DNA of 64,000 nucleotides from Felis catus (lineage: Eukaryota). The DNA lies in NCBI RefSeq assembly GCF_018350175.1, contig NC_058368.1, positions 213,654,001-213,718,000 on the forward strand, read 5' to 3'. Positions 48,592 through 59,560 of this stretch are shown piece after piece. The notes under the pieces are model-generated. The model was given only the letters and a program-made list of their open reading frames with translations, made no database searches and had not been told where the DNA came from. The first letter of the stretch is position 1. Each line of letters begins with the position of its first letter. The translations under genes and the position numbers were made by a program.

Positions 48592-49845
48592 AAGGAATGC
48601 CCAATCTTAATTTGCCGTTTTGAAACCTGAGCAACAGCTCATGGCTGAATACATATTCAGAGCTACAGCTTGCCTGGGCCTTCTCTTTAGTACTCACTGA
48701 CCCTTGGGTCACTACAAAGATACAGTCCAGCTGGGTAAAGTGGTGGCCTCAGTTTCTGCCAGCCATTTCTTATGGGGCCTCAGTACACACAGCACGCTAT
48801 CAGCAAACCAAGCAACACAGAACTAAATCATGGTGATGTCTTCCTGCCTCAGGGACACGCCTCTGCTTGCTCGAAGACTGCTCAGGGACAGCTAATTGCT
48901 TTTCAGGGCTACACAGCTTTCTCACATCCACTGTTCCCCAGGGTCATATTTTCTCCAACTGCATTTTTCAGAGAATAGGGCAAGGAGGAAGAGGACAAAG
49001 AGAGAGCAGTGGTGGGCAGGAAACTGTTTTTTATCTTTATTATTAACTTAAATTACCGCCTTCGAAATCTTTCACTTAAAGCAATAAATAGTCCTTCCCA
49101 ATTTTAGCTCTTAGGCATAAGTAAGGTTGAAGGTTGAAGCTCCAAACCAGAGGAAAGTGCGGCTGCTGCTGTTTCGGGAGAGGGAAGAATATCTTCTGTC
49201 GAGGAGCAGGGCGGGGGGGTCTTCCCTCCAAGGACGCCGCTGCTCCGGCCACCATGGGCAAGAGTGTTGAGGCCACGGACGGACAGGTGAGGTGCCTTGC
49301 CCTGGAATCCTGTAGCTCCCTCCCTAACACTTCTCTTTTTCGTACCCCTTCTTCCACGTGAGGTCTCTGCTGGAGCCCACAACTCACTGATCTTTTATTT
49401 TATCATCAGAGGGCTGACTCGTTTATTTTCAAAGTCCTTGAAGACTGACTGCATGCAGTTACCCACTTGTGACTTAGACGGCTGGCTTCAATGTGGCTGG
49501 TTTCACGCTCGCCTGGGTAACTGGTTTCTGGACTTCTCACAAAGGGACTTGGTCCACACACACTTGTCGAGTTGATGCCTCTGTGGGGGACAGGAGGGTC
49601 TAGGACGTCCTGTTCCTCTACCTTGTTGCTGTCACTCCCACCCAGTCTCCTCAAAGTTTCCACGTTCCTCCTGTCAAATTACATTTAGGAATACATGTCA
49701 TCAACCTGCAAATGAAAACCTGCCAAAGTGGTTCCTTCTCTCGGGCTTGTGAACATCATTCATTCTTTGTCGTAGGTGGCGGTTGTTGTTCAGGTTGTTG
49801 AATTTCTTTCTTTTAGGTCTGCTCCATGTGAGAAATTGCACAGCT

Positions 49846-50045
49846 GGGGGCACCTGGGCGGTTCAGTCAGTTGAGCGTCTTGATTTCAGCTGAGGTCACG
49901 ATCGCACAGTTTGTGAGATAGAGCCCCACATCAGGCCCTGTGCTAACAGCATGGAGCCCGCTTGGGATTCTCCCTCCCCCCTCTCTCTGCCCCTCCCTTC
50001 CCCCACCCCCTCATGCAAACTAGCACTCTCTTTCCCTCTCAAAAC
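49846..50045 (+). mobile_element. CAN-SINE (tail resumes at 50255-50283)
   Basis: Outer TSD agaaa(t/c)tgcacagct. Confidence 0.93.
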
Positions 50046-50051
50046 AATCTC

Positions 50052-50254
50052 TCTTTTTTTAAGTTTATTTATTTTGAGAGAGACAATGTGAGTGGGGGAG
50101 GTGCAGAGAGAGAGGGAGAGAGAGGATCCCAAGTAGGCTCCTCGCTGCCAGCGCAGAGCCTAACACGGGGCTCAAACTCACAAAACTCTGAGATCGTGAC
50201 CTGAGCTGAAACCAAGAGTCAGAAGCTTAACCAACTGAGCCACCCAGGTGCCCC
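50052..50254 (-). mobile_element. CAN-SINE inserted in opposite orientation into the previous SINE's tail
   Basis: TSD ctcaaaacaa. Confidence 0.93.
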
Positions 50255-51324
50255 TCAAAACAAATAACCTTTAAAAAAGAAAAAGAAACTGCACAGCTGG
50301 TCAGGGCAGAGCTCTGTGGCTGAAGCAGACAGCATGTGGCACACCGGGGACTAGCCAGAAAGACTGGGGAAAGCTTTCCTTGGGAAGAGTCTGACAGCCC
50401 GATGGCAGTGGGCCGCCTGGGGCTGCAGCCCCTGGCACGGAGGTGCCCTGCCGGCAAGAGTCGGGGTCATGCTGACACTGGCAAGTTTCACCCTCAGACT
50501 AAGAGTGACTGAGGGCTATTCTCAGAGCCCCTCAGCTTCCAAGAACACAGATAATGATGCCTTAGTCACTGCCCTCCCAAACCAATAACTCTTATTCAAA
50601 CGAAAGAGACATTTCTGATTTCTCATAACTCCCTATAAAATCACATTCTTAATTACCCGCTTTACTGAGGTCCACCTTGATTTCAAGTAAAATTATTCCC
50701 AGTTTGCTCCCTGCTGAGGGGAAGTGTGTGTGGGGGGGGGGGAGAAGGGGGCAGGAGAGGTGGCTGAAAAATGCCTATAAATGCCAGGTCAAGTTTAAAC
50801 AGCTGAAAGGAACACTCCAAGTGGGAAAGACACTAGAGATAGAAGGCTGGATTATCTCTTGACTTCAGCACTCCATTTAAAATCTCCTCCATCCCTAGTC
50901 CTTATATGATTTACTGCATCCATCTAACGAGCTTTGATTTGTGGCCAGTGATTGCACTCAGGCAGCTGTACTCAACAATCACCAGGGCACATGGCTTCCA
51001 TCGAAGTTGAAGCACAACTGTGAACTGGTTCAAGTGTTGAATAGTCCCACTAAAGGGAGGGAAAGGCCTATTCTGGCATCAGGGGGGATGACTGAGCAGG
51101 AAGGCAGATACTGTGTAAGTGCTGAGGTAGTGAGCTGAGCTGGGGACACTGAACAGGAAGCGTCTGGCTGAGGCACATTCTCTCCATCCATCACCATGGT
51201 GGTTGTTTCAGACCGCCATCACAGAGAGCTGGGTCTTGAAAACGTCTGGAGGTCGGCGCACTGGGGTCAGCCCCTGGCCCTCGAAGAAGCACGTGGCTGT
51301 GAAACTCTTACAACAAGAAAGAGT

Positions 51325-52030
51325 CATGGTCAAACAAATGTTGGTGAGGATGTAGAGGCACAGACTCATGTGCACTTTGCTGGGGGGGGGGGGGGGATGG
51401 GGTATGTAAAATGGTACAGCTGCTGTGGAAAAGTTTGGCAATTCCTCAAGAAGTTATACACAGAATTAACATATGATTCAGTAATTCCCATCCTAGGTAT
51501 ATAACTCCAAAGAAATGAAAACGTGTGTAAACAGAACTTGCACACAAACGTTCACAGCAGCACTGTTCACAATAGCCAACAGGTGGAAACAATCTGAATG
51601 TCTACCAACTAATGAATGAATAAACAAAATCAGTATATCCATACAATGGAATATTACCCAACCATAAAAAGGAATGACGTACTACCGATACCTACTACAA
51701 CGCGTATGAATTCCAAAACTATAATGCAAAGTGAAAAGTCAGTTACAAAAGGCCACACGTGTATTGTGATTCCACTGATATGAAATATCCAGAACAGGCA
51801 AATCCATAGAGACAGAAAGGAAATTAGTGGTTGCCAAGAGTTAGAAGGAGGGAAAACAGGGAAGGACTGCTCAATGGGTATGGAGTTTCTTTTGGGGATG
51901 ATGAAAAAACCCTGGAATTAGATCGTGGTAACAGTTGCACGACATTGTGAGTGTACTTAATGCTGCCGAATTGTACACTTTACAATGATTCAAATGGTAA
52001 TTTTATGCTTCGTGTATTTTACCACATGCA
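51325..52030 (+). mobile_element. L1MB-like 3' end (ORF2 end and 3'UTR)
   Basis: aacaaatgttggtgaggatgtagag...tggaatattac..ccataaaaaggaatga...ttgtacacttta. Confidence 0.9.
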
Positions 52031-52879
52031 CACACCAAAGAATTAGTCTTGGTCAGTTATATGCCTGCCCTACCGCCTGCACCCTGCCTTTGTCTTTGTG
52101 TCTGCTGCTGTTCACTTCTGACTTTTGCGTGTGGCCTGTGCTCGATCTAGTCTGGATGTGGTGCCAGTGATTTCCAAATGTTAGGTTCCCAGTCTGGCCC
52201 TGGCCTCAGTACACTCCCATTAGGGTTTTCCACCCATGTCTCATCCCAATGTACAACCAGAGAATGTGGTCACTTCAGCCTAACATTACTGCTGCTGAAG
52301 CAATCTGGTCTTTAAAATATATATACAGTCTATTTTGTAATTCTGCTCATGACTTTAAAAGTTAAAAACAATCAAGTTGCACGACAGCTTTCTGGAAGCT
52401 CTGTCTGAATATTAATTAGCCACGATGTCTCAACATAACTGCTCAGAACTTCTCAGTTATCTGTTGGTGCCATTAAAAATTTTGAATGAGTTAACTAATT
52501 TCAACCACCTCTGGAAAGTAAGAAACTGCATATTAAGCCAGTATGCATCAACTAGTGGACTGTTAATATTTAAGTAGAATTTTTTCTTATAATATTTAAC
52601 TGACTGGCATGAGATTTGGTCAGCAAAAAGAAAGGTCTTCAAGGCATTGTGTACATAGAATCCCATCAGATGCCTGTTTTTAATCTAGATATCCAAACTC
52701 CCAGAGACTCTGATTCAGAAAGTTGCTATAAGGTCTCTTTGGCTTTTACCCCTGATTCTTTAATGTCTGCATCAACTATCCATTATAAATTCCAACTTGT
52801 CCACAAACTTAGCCCTCTAGCCTTCTCAGAGCTGTGGACTCCAGCATCCCTCCCGTGCAACAAACTGTCCCTACGTGGT

Positions 52880-53500
52880 GATCAGGTGGGGGAATGCAGG
52901 AGGAGCAGTCTTGAGCCCTTAGCTCTCTTGTTTTCCTCACTGCGACTTCTAATGCAAATTTCAAAATAATATTTCCAACTATTTTTATGACATCTCTAGT
53001 GGGGTGCTCTGCCATATCTTCCAACCTAACATGTCTAAGACTACACCAAAATCTGAAATTTTAGAAACGCCTCCTCCTTTTCTCCAAGGATACCAACATT
53101 CTCCTAATTATTCAAATTCTTGGTGATGTCTTTACTTTCTTCTACTTTACCTCCCAAACTTTATTCTTTGCTTTGGATCATCTCTTAGATATTTTTTTTT
53201 TCTTTCTCTTCTCTAATCTGGTAGGTAGTTGCCAAGCTCATATCCTAGACTAAAACACTGCTGCTACTGCCATTTTCCCATTTTGATTGCCTTTCCTTGT
53301 GGTTGCTACCCCATCTTATCTCCCTAAATTAAGAACCTATATCACATTTCAATTTTCCATCCTGGTATTCAGGACTCTCTTTAAGTTGGCCCCACCTTAC
53401 CACCCTATGGCTCCTAAACAGCAGCACCCTACCATATCCCCCCTCTCCACTATTGCTTGCCCTACCAGTGGAGTAGATACATGAGTATACAAAACAAAGA
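52880..53500 (+). mobile_element. L2 remnant (highly decayed)
   Basis: catatcttccaacctaacatgtctaagact; pyrimidine-rich L2-like tracts. Confidence 0.5.
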
Positions 53501-53863
53501 TCCCATGGGATCCCTTGGGATGTTTCTATTCTTTTTTTTCTATAATCCATACCCATCCCATTCCTTGACATCCATCTCTACTCCCACTTTCTCCCAAATG
53601 TCTTCATGATAACCCCAGGTATGTCCATTTTCCCACTTTTTAAACCGTTCATAGCATTTACTATTGGCATTGTACTTCTGACCTCACAATTATATATTGT
53701 CTCGTACTATTCTTTGATTATTCCTCTAGGCTTGTTTCAAGGAAGCTCCTGAAGTTGCTTCACGCCAGGAACCGAGTTTGGTTTACTGTTCAAGCACCTA
53801 GCATGTTGCCCGCACACTTCCTAAGAATCATGCTGAGTACATTCCAAATGCTCAGTAAATAAG

Positions 53864-54099
53864 TTTTTTTTTTTTAATTTTCAAAAGATTTTTTTAATGT
53901 GTATTTATTTTTGAGAGAGAGACAGACAGAGCATGAGTGGGGGAGGGGCAGAGAAAGAGAAGGAGATACAGATACTGAAACAGGCTCCAGGCTCTGAGCT
54001 GTCAGCACAGAGTGTGACACGGGGCTAGAACTTGGGAACAGCTAGATCATGACCAGGCCGAAGTTCGACACTTAACCAACTGAGCCACCCAGGCGCCCC
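53864..54099 (-). mobile_element. CAN-SINE
   Basis: TSD ctcagtaa.ta.gtttt. Confidence 0.94.
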
Positions 54100-54430
54100 T
54101 CAGTAAGTATGTTTTAATGCATTTGTACCTGAGTTCAACACAAAGGCCACCAACCCAATGGCTACCTTATCCATTAAGGGCAATCCTCCTCCACTCTTGG
54201 TTGGCTTCCTAAAGGAGATGCCAAAACCCACTCTCCCCCCATTCCTCTTGCCTGCCTCCCCTAAAGCAGGATGCCCTCAAGCCTCTTCTGGGAGTTCTGC
54301 AAATGTAGAATCCCAAGATTAAAAAACACCATAAACCATATCCTTTCTTGGAAATTTATAATGCATTTATTCTTTTGTTAATCATCTTTTATTTTTAGGT
54401 ATTGGAATGAACAATAAAGACACAGTCCCT

Positions 54431-54650
54431 GGGGCGCCTGGGTGGCGCAGTCGGTTAAGCGTCCGACTTCAGCCAGGTCACGATCTCGCGGTCCGTGAGT
54501 TCGAGCCCCACGTCGGGCTCTGGGCTGATGGCTCAGAGCCTGGAGCCTGTTTCTGATTCTGTGTCTCCCTCTCTCTCTGCCCCTCCCCCATTCATGCTCT
54601 GTCTCTCTCTGTCCCAAAAATAAATAAACGTTGAAAAAAAAAATTTTTAA
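54431..54650 (+). mobile_element. Young SINEC_Fc
   Basis: Near consensus; perfect TSD aaagacacagtccct. Confidence 0.98.
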
Positions 54651-57600
54651 AAGACACAGTCCCTGTCTTCATCAAACTTAACCCATTAATACTTCTGAGA
54701 AGTCCCTGGTACAGAGACTTTAGGTTTGTTTAACTATGTTTTCCCAAAACCATACTCATTCCCCACCAACCCCACCCCCCAACTTTTTAAAGATGTTCTC
54801 AACAACATTCCATGGACCACATGTTTGACTTCGACAAGAAGGCCAACCAATCAGGCTAAACTAAAAGTTTTGGGTGAAGGATAAAGAACTGATCTTTTTA
54901 TTTCACAGTAGGAAGCTTGGTTCACCCTGAAGCCTCCTGAAAGAGCCTGATGTGCATGCAGTAACAGCTGTTCAAATGCATCCTTTTAAAAAACACTGTG
55001 GTTATGAGTAGGGTGGTCTCAATACACACTGATTTTAAAGCAGTTAGCTTACACTGTTCCCTCCCAGGCACCTAGAAATAACAACAGAATAATGATGGAA
55101 ATGATAGAGTAAGAAGGTGGGGGAGTGGGTGGGCACAGACAAAGAGAGGTGGGGGCTGATGATTAGAAGTGCTGGTATGGGGGCTCAGTGCTCGTGGGTT
55201 GAAAGAGTCTTGCTAATACGGTTAGAATTAGAGTTGGAGCAAAGCTAATGGCTCAGAGAGGGAGAGAGCTTGTGAAGGAGGAGGAGGAGGAGGAGGAAGG
55301 AATGGGGAACACAGTCAAGCAAGACCAGGAACATACTGTAACAAGGGAACACACAGGGCGGGAGAGGTGGGAGGCTATTGGGAAGAGCAGAATTCTTTCT
55401 CTGACATTTTATTACTCTACCATTTTTCTTTTAAGGCAGATGCCATATGCTTTCCATACTTCAGGAGGAGATGGGTAGATTCTAAAGTGGACACCTTTAC
55501 CCACCTGGGGTAAGAAGATGGGGGGTATGTTAAGAGAAGAGAGGAAGGGAGTGGGGGAAGGGAAAGAGGGAGGAAGGAAGAAAGGAAAGTAGGTGGAAGA
55601 AAGAAGGGAAAAGAGGGAAGGAGGGAGAGAGGAAGATTTATCCAAGTCACACATTTTGGAAAACTCATAATTAGAGGATTTAAGGTCCCTAAGGTCCCCT
55701 CCTACTTCAAGATGACAATTGATCACGGGATTGTATCAGGAGACCATTCCAGGGTCCACGTGTGAGGAAAGTAAATCCTCCACTGCCCATCACCCTGCCA
55801 TCATGTTCCTCCTCCCCTTTTAGACTTCTCCAGCCCAGGAGCTGTGCAAGCACACTGAGGCTAACCCCAATGCATGCGGCACCCCCAGGCCAGAGCCCGG
55901 GCCCTCTCCTCCACAGTCAGTTTCCTGGCTCCACACATCTGCTAAGCTCTGGGGCTTCCCTTCACGTAGCACCTCCCTGGGCTGAAAGGGTTGCCTGACT
56001 CCAACTCCATCTCTCCTGGGAAGACTTTCAGGTGCTGCTCTTCCTGGGGTGGCTGAGCATGGCTTAAGGCAGGTAGTCTTCCAAGTGCTTTGAACTGTTC
56101 ATTGAACAAAATTTGTTGAGCTCTTGCTAAGTGTCAGGCTCAGAGAAGGTATAAAATATGAACAAGTTGCAGGTTCTGGTTTGAGATAGTGACAGAAGAT
56201 CCTGAACTCATCTCTTCCCATGGACGCACCAAATCTATGGCTATATATGGAACAATTTCCTGGCGGGGGGGGGGGGGGGGGGTGGGACCCTAAAAGCTAG
56301 CAGAGCGACAACTCCTTCACATCAGGCAAGTCACAAAAAAACAGGTAGGAAAGGATGAAACATGATCTTGCCGTAAACCCCACCCCCAGTGGGAGTGAAC
56401 TCAAAAGAGCTGGGGAGGAAAGGGTTTGTGACCCACATTAGTCACCCAAACTTTTAAGACCAGCACCTGAGAGAGAAGCCCACCAAACATCTAGCTTTTA
56501 AGTCCAATGGGGCTCATGTTTACAAGACCCATAGAGCTGTGGTGATCTGAGGCATGGCTCCTTACAAGCTAGTGCACAGACTCACCCATCCCAGGGTTCT
56601 GTGTAAAAGCAGCCCTTTGAAAAGCTCCTAGACTTTGTGTGAAAGAACTCATTTCATAATTGTAAAGTGTTGGTCTGAGGGGCAGGGAGCTTGCTGGGAT
56701 CCTCTCTAGGAACAGAGGCTGGTGGACACCATCCTCCACACTCTCCCTGTCTTGCCAAAGCCAGCAGGTGCCATCTTGTCCACACACACCTCTTCCCCAC
56801 CTTTTTTCCTTTTTCTTCTCTTTTTCTCCTTTTCTTCTTTTCCCTTTTTTTGGCAAGTGCTGTCTATGCACTGGTCCTCTGCTGTACTTCAGAGCACCAG
56901 TATCTCCCAGAGAGGAGGTTCTACCTATGTCTGATGACCCAAGTTTTACATCTGGGGATCCAGTTTTTGTGGCTGCCACCCAGGGGCTCCCTGATTGCCT
57001 GACTTTTGCAGCCAGAGGGGCTTGTGTTCCTGGGACCCAGGGAACTGACAATTGGTGAGACCACTCTGGGCGGCCAACCACTCCAGAGCACTGCACAGAC
57101 AGCAGACTGAAATACACTCCCAGCCTTTCTGTGAAAGAGGTCTACTTGCTAGTCCTGGAGTTTTGGTCTTAAGGACAGGCTTTAGGTTTCACACACATTA
57201 GAGATGACAGAGGTATTCTCAGGGACTGTCCACCATCTATGTGCTCTCCCTCTGAATCGCTGTAGCTCCCCAGCATTTCACAAAAAACAAAACAAAACAC
57301 CTGTACACTCACCTAGAGCCACAGTTTTGTGACTGCTGCACAGAGGTACCTTCAGGTCACCTGCTCTGGGACTTACACTTGCAGTCTTATGGGACCATAT
57401 ATATTTGCATTTTTTAAAAGTTATTGTCTGATGGTCTGGCTTCTAATCAGCCTGAATGTAGGTGTTGACTGAAATCCACTTTGGGACACTGACTGGTCTT
57501 GGCACAATCTCAAATATTGGGAACTATGTAAAACAAAATACGCTACTTGGATGCTCACAAAGGTTTGATAGACAACCAAGAGTTAGGGCAGGGTTGAATA

Positions 57601-57762
57601 ATAAGGTTCATTTCTTACACAAAGCCAACCTTTTAAGACTCAGAGAAGTAGCTGTTTCATCTCATGCATAGAAACCAACACAAAGAGTCAAGCAAAATGA
57701 AGAAGAGGAATATGTTACAAATGAAAGAACAAGATAAAACCTCAGAGAAAAAACCTTAATGA

Positions 57763-57876
57763 GGGGCATTCATTTTTTAATATACCCTCTCTGTAAAGAG
57801 AGCTTTCCTACTATTCTTCTTTTCTAATCTTATATTCTAATAAACTTTTGCCTGCTGCTAAAACAAAACAAAACAA
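57763..57876 (+). mobile_element. Short polyadenylated retroposed insert within L1 ORF1
   Basis: TSD aaaac(c)cttaatga; AATAAA 57839-57844; A-rich tail from 57860. Confidence 0.8.
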
Positions 57877-58423
57877 AAACCCTTAATGAAACAGAGATAA
57901 ATAACTTACCTGATAAAGAGTTCAAAATAATGGTCACAAAGATGTTCACAAACTCAGAAGAATGAATGAATACAGTGAGAACTTCAACAAAGAAAATATT
58001 TAAAAATTTGAAAAAGAAGTCATAGAACTGAAGGATACAACAACTAAACTAAAAAATACACTACAGGGGTTTGATAGACTAGATGAAGCAGAGGAAAATA
58101 TCAGTAAACTTGAAGACAGGGCAGAAGAACTCACACGATCAGAGCAGGAAAAAAAAAAAAAAGGTAATGAAAAAACATGAAGATACCTTAAGGGACTTAT
58201 TGGACAATATCAAGTGAACTGACATTCACATTATAGAAGTCCCAGAAAATGAAAAGACAGAGAAAGGGGCAGAAAACTTATTTGAATAAATAATGGCTGA
58301 AAACTTCCCTAACCTTGGAAAAAAACAGATAAACAGATCCAGAGAGTTTCAAATAAGATGAACCCAAAGAGACTCAATACACATTATAGTTAAAATGTCA
58401 AAAGTTAAAGACAAGGAGAGATT

Positions 58424-58628
58424 CTTTTTTTTTTTAAGTTTGTTATTTATTTTTGAGAGAGAGAAAGCATGAGTCAGGGAGGGAAAGAGAGAGGGGGAGA
58501 GTGAGAGAATCCCAAACAGGCTCTGCGCTGTCAGCACAGAGGCTAATGCAGGGCTCAAATCCACAGACCATGATATCATGACCTGAGCTGAAGTCAGATG
58601 CTTAACTGACTGAACCACCAGGCATCCC
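58424..58628 (-). mobile_element. CAN-SINE in L1 ORF1
   Basis: TSD aagacaaggagagattctt. Confidence 0.95.
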
Positions 58629-58892
58629 AAGACAAGGAGAGATTCTTAAAAGCAGCAAGAGAAAAACAATTTGTTACATATATGTGAACCAGATAAGACA
58701 ACAGGGTTTTCAGCAGAAACTCTGCAGGCCAGAAGGGAGGGGCATGATATATTCAAAGTGCTGGAATAAAAAAAAAAAAAAAATCCAACCAATAATACTC
58801 TACCTGACAAAGAGATAGTCTTCCAGACAAACAAAAGCTACAGGAGTTCATCGTCACTAAACCAGCCTTATAAGAAATGCTAAAGGGATTTC

Positions 58893-59121
58893 TTTTTTTT
58901 TTCCTGATTTTTTTTTTTTAATGTTTATTCACTTACTGAGAGAAAGAGACAGAGTGTGAGCAGGGGAGGGGCAGAGAGAGAGGGAGACACAGAATCTGAA
59001 GCAGGCTCCAGGCTCTGAGCTGTCAGCACAGAGCCTGACGCAGGGCTCAGACCCATGAATCACGAGATCATGACCTGAGCTAAAGTCAGACCCTTAACCA
59101 ACTGAGCCACCCATGTGCCCC
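58893..59121 (-). mobile_element. CAN-SINE in L1
   Basis: TSD ctaaagggatttcttt. Confidence 0.95.
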
Positions 59122-59389
59122 TAAAGGGATTTCTTTAAGCTGAAAAGAAAAGGTGCCAATTAGTAACAAAAACACATATGAAAGTGTAAATCTCACTGAT
59201 AAAGGTAAATATATAGTAAAGGTAGTGGGTTAATCACTCATAAAGCTGGTATGAAGGTTAAAAGACAAAAGTAGTAAAAATAGCTGTAACTACAATGATT
59301 ATAAAAATATGAAAAATTTAATATCAAAAACATAAAACATGTGAGGGGGAGAGTAAAGATACAGAGCTTTAGAATGTATTCAAACTTAA

Positions 59390-59560
59390 GGGGTGCCTGG
59401 GTGGCTCAGCTGGTTAAGCATCTGACTCTTGATTTTGGCTAAGGTCATGATCTCACGGTTCATGAGATTAAGATCCACATCAGACTCTGTGCTGACAGCA
59501 TGAAGCCTGCTTGGGATTCTCTGCCTCTCTCTCTCAAAATAAATAAACATTAAAAAAAAA
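59390..59560 (+). mobile_element. CAN-SINE in L1
   Basis: TSD agaatgtattcaaacttaag. Confidence 0.95.

Noticed and set aside
56569..57117. 182-aa antisense ORF in the L1 5'UTR (ORF0-like idea)
   Set aside because: GTG start, kept open partly by a purine-rich low-complexity tract; ORF0 is described for primate L1 and I see no similarity.
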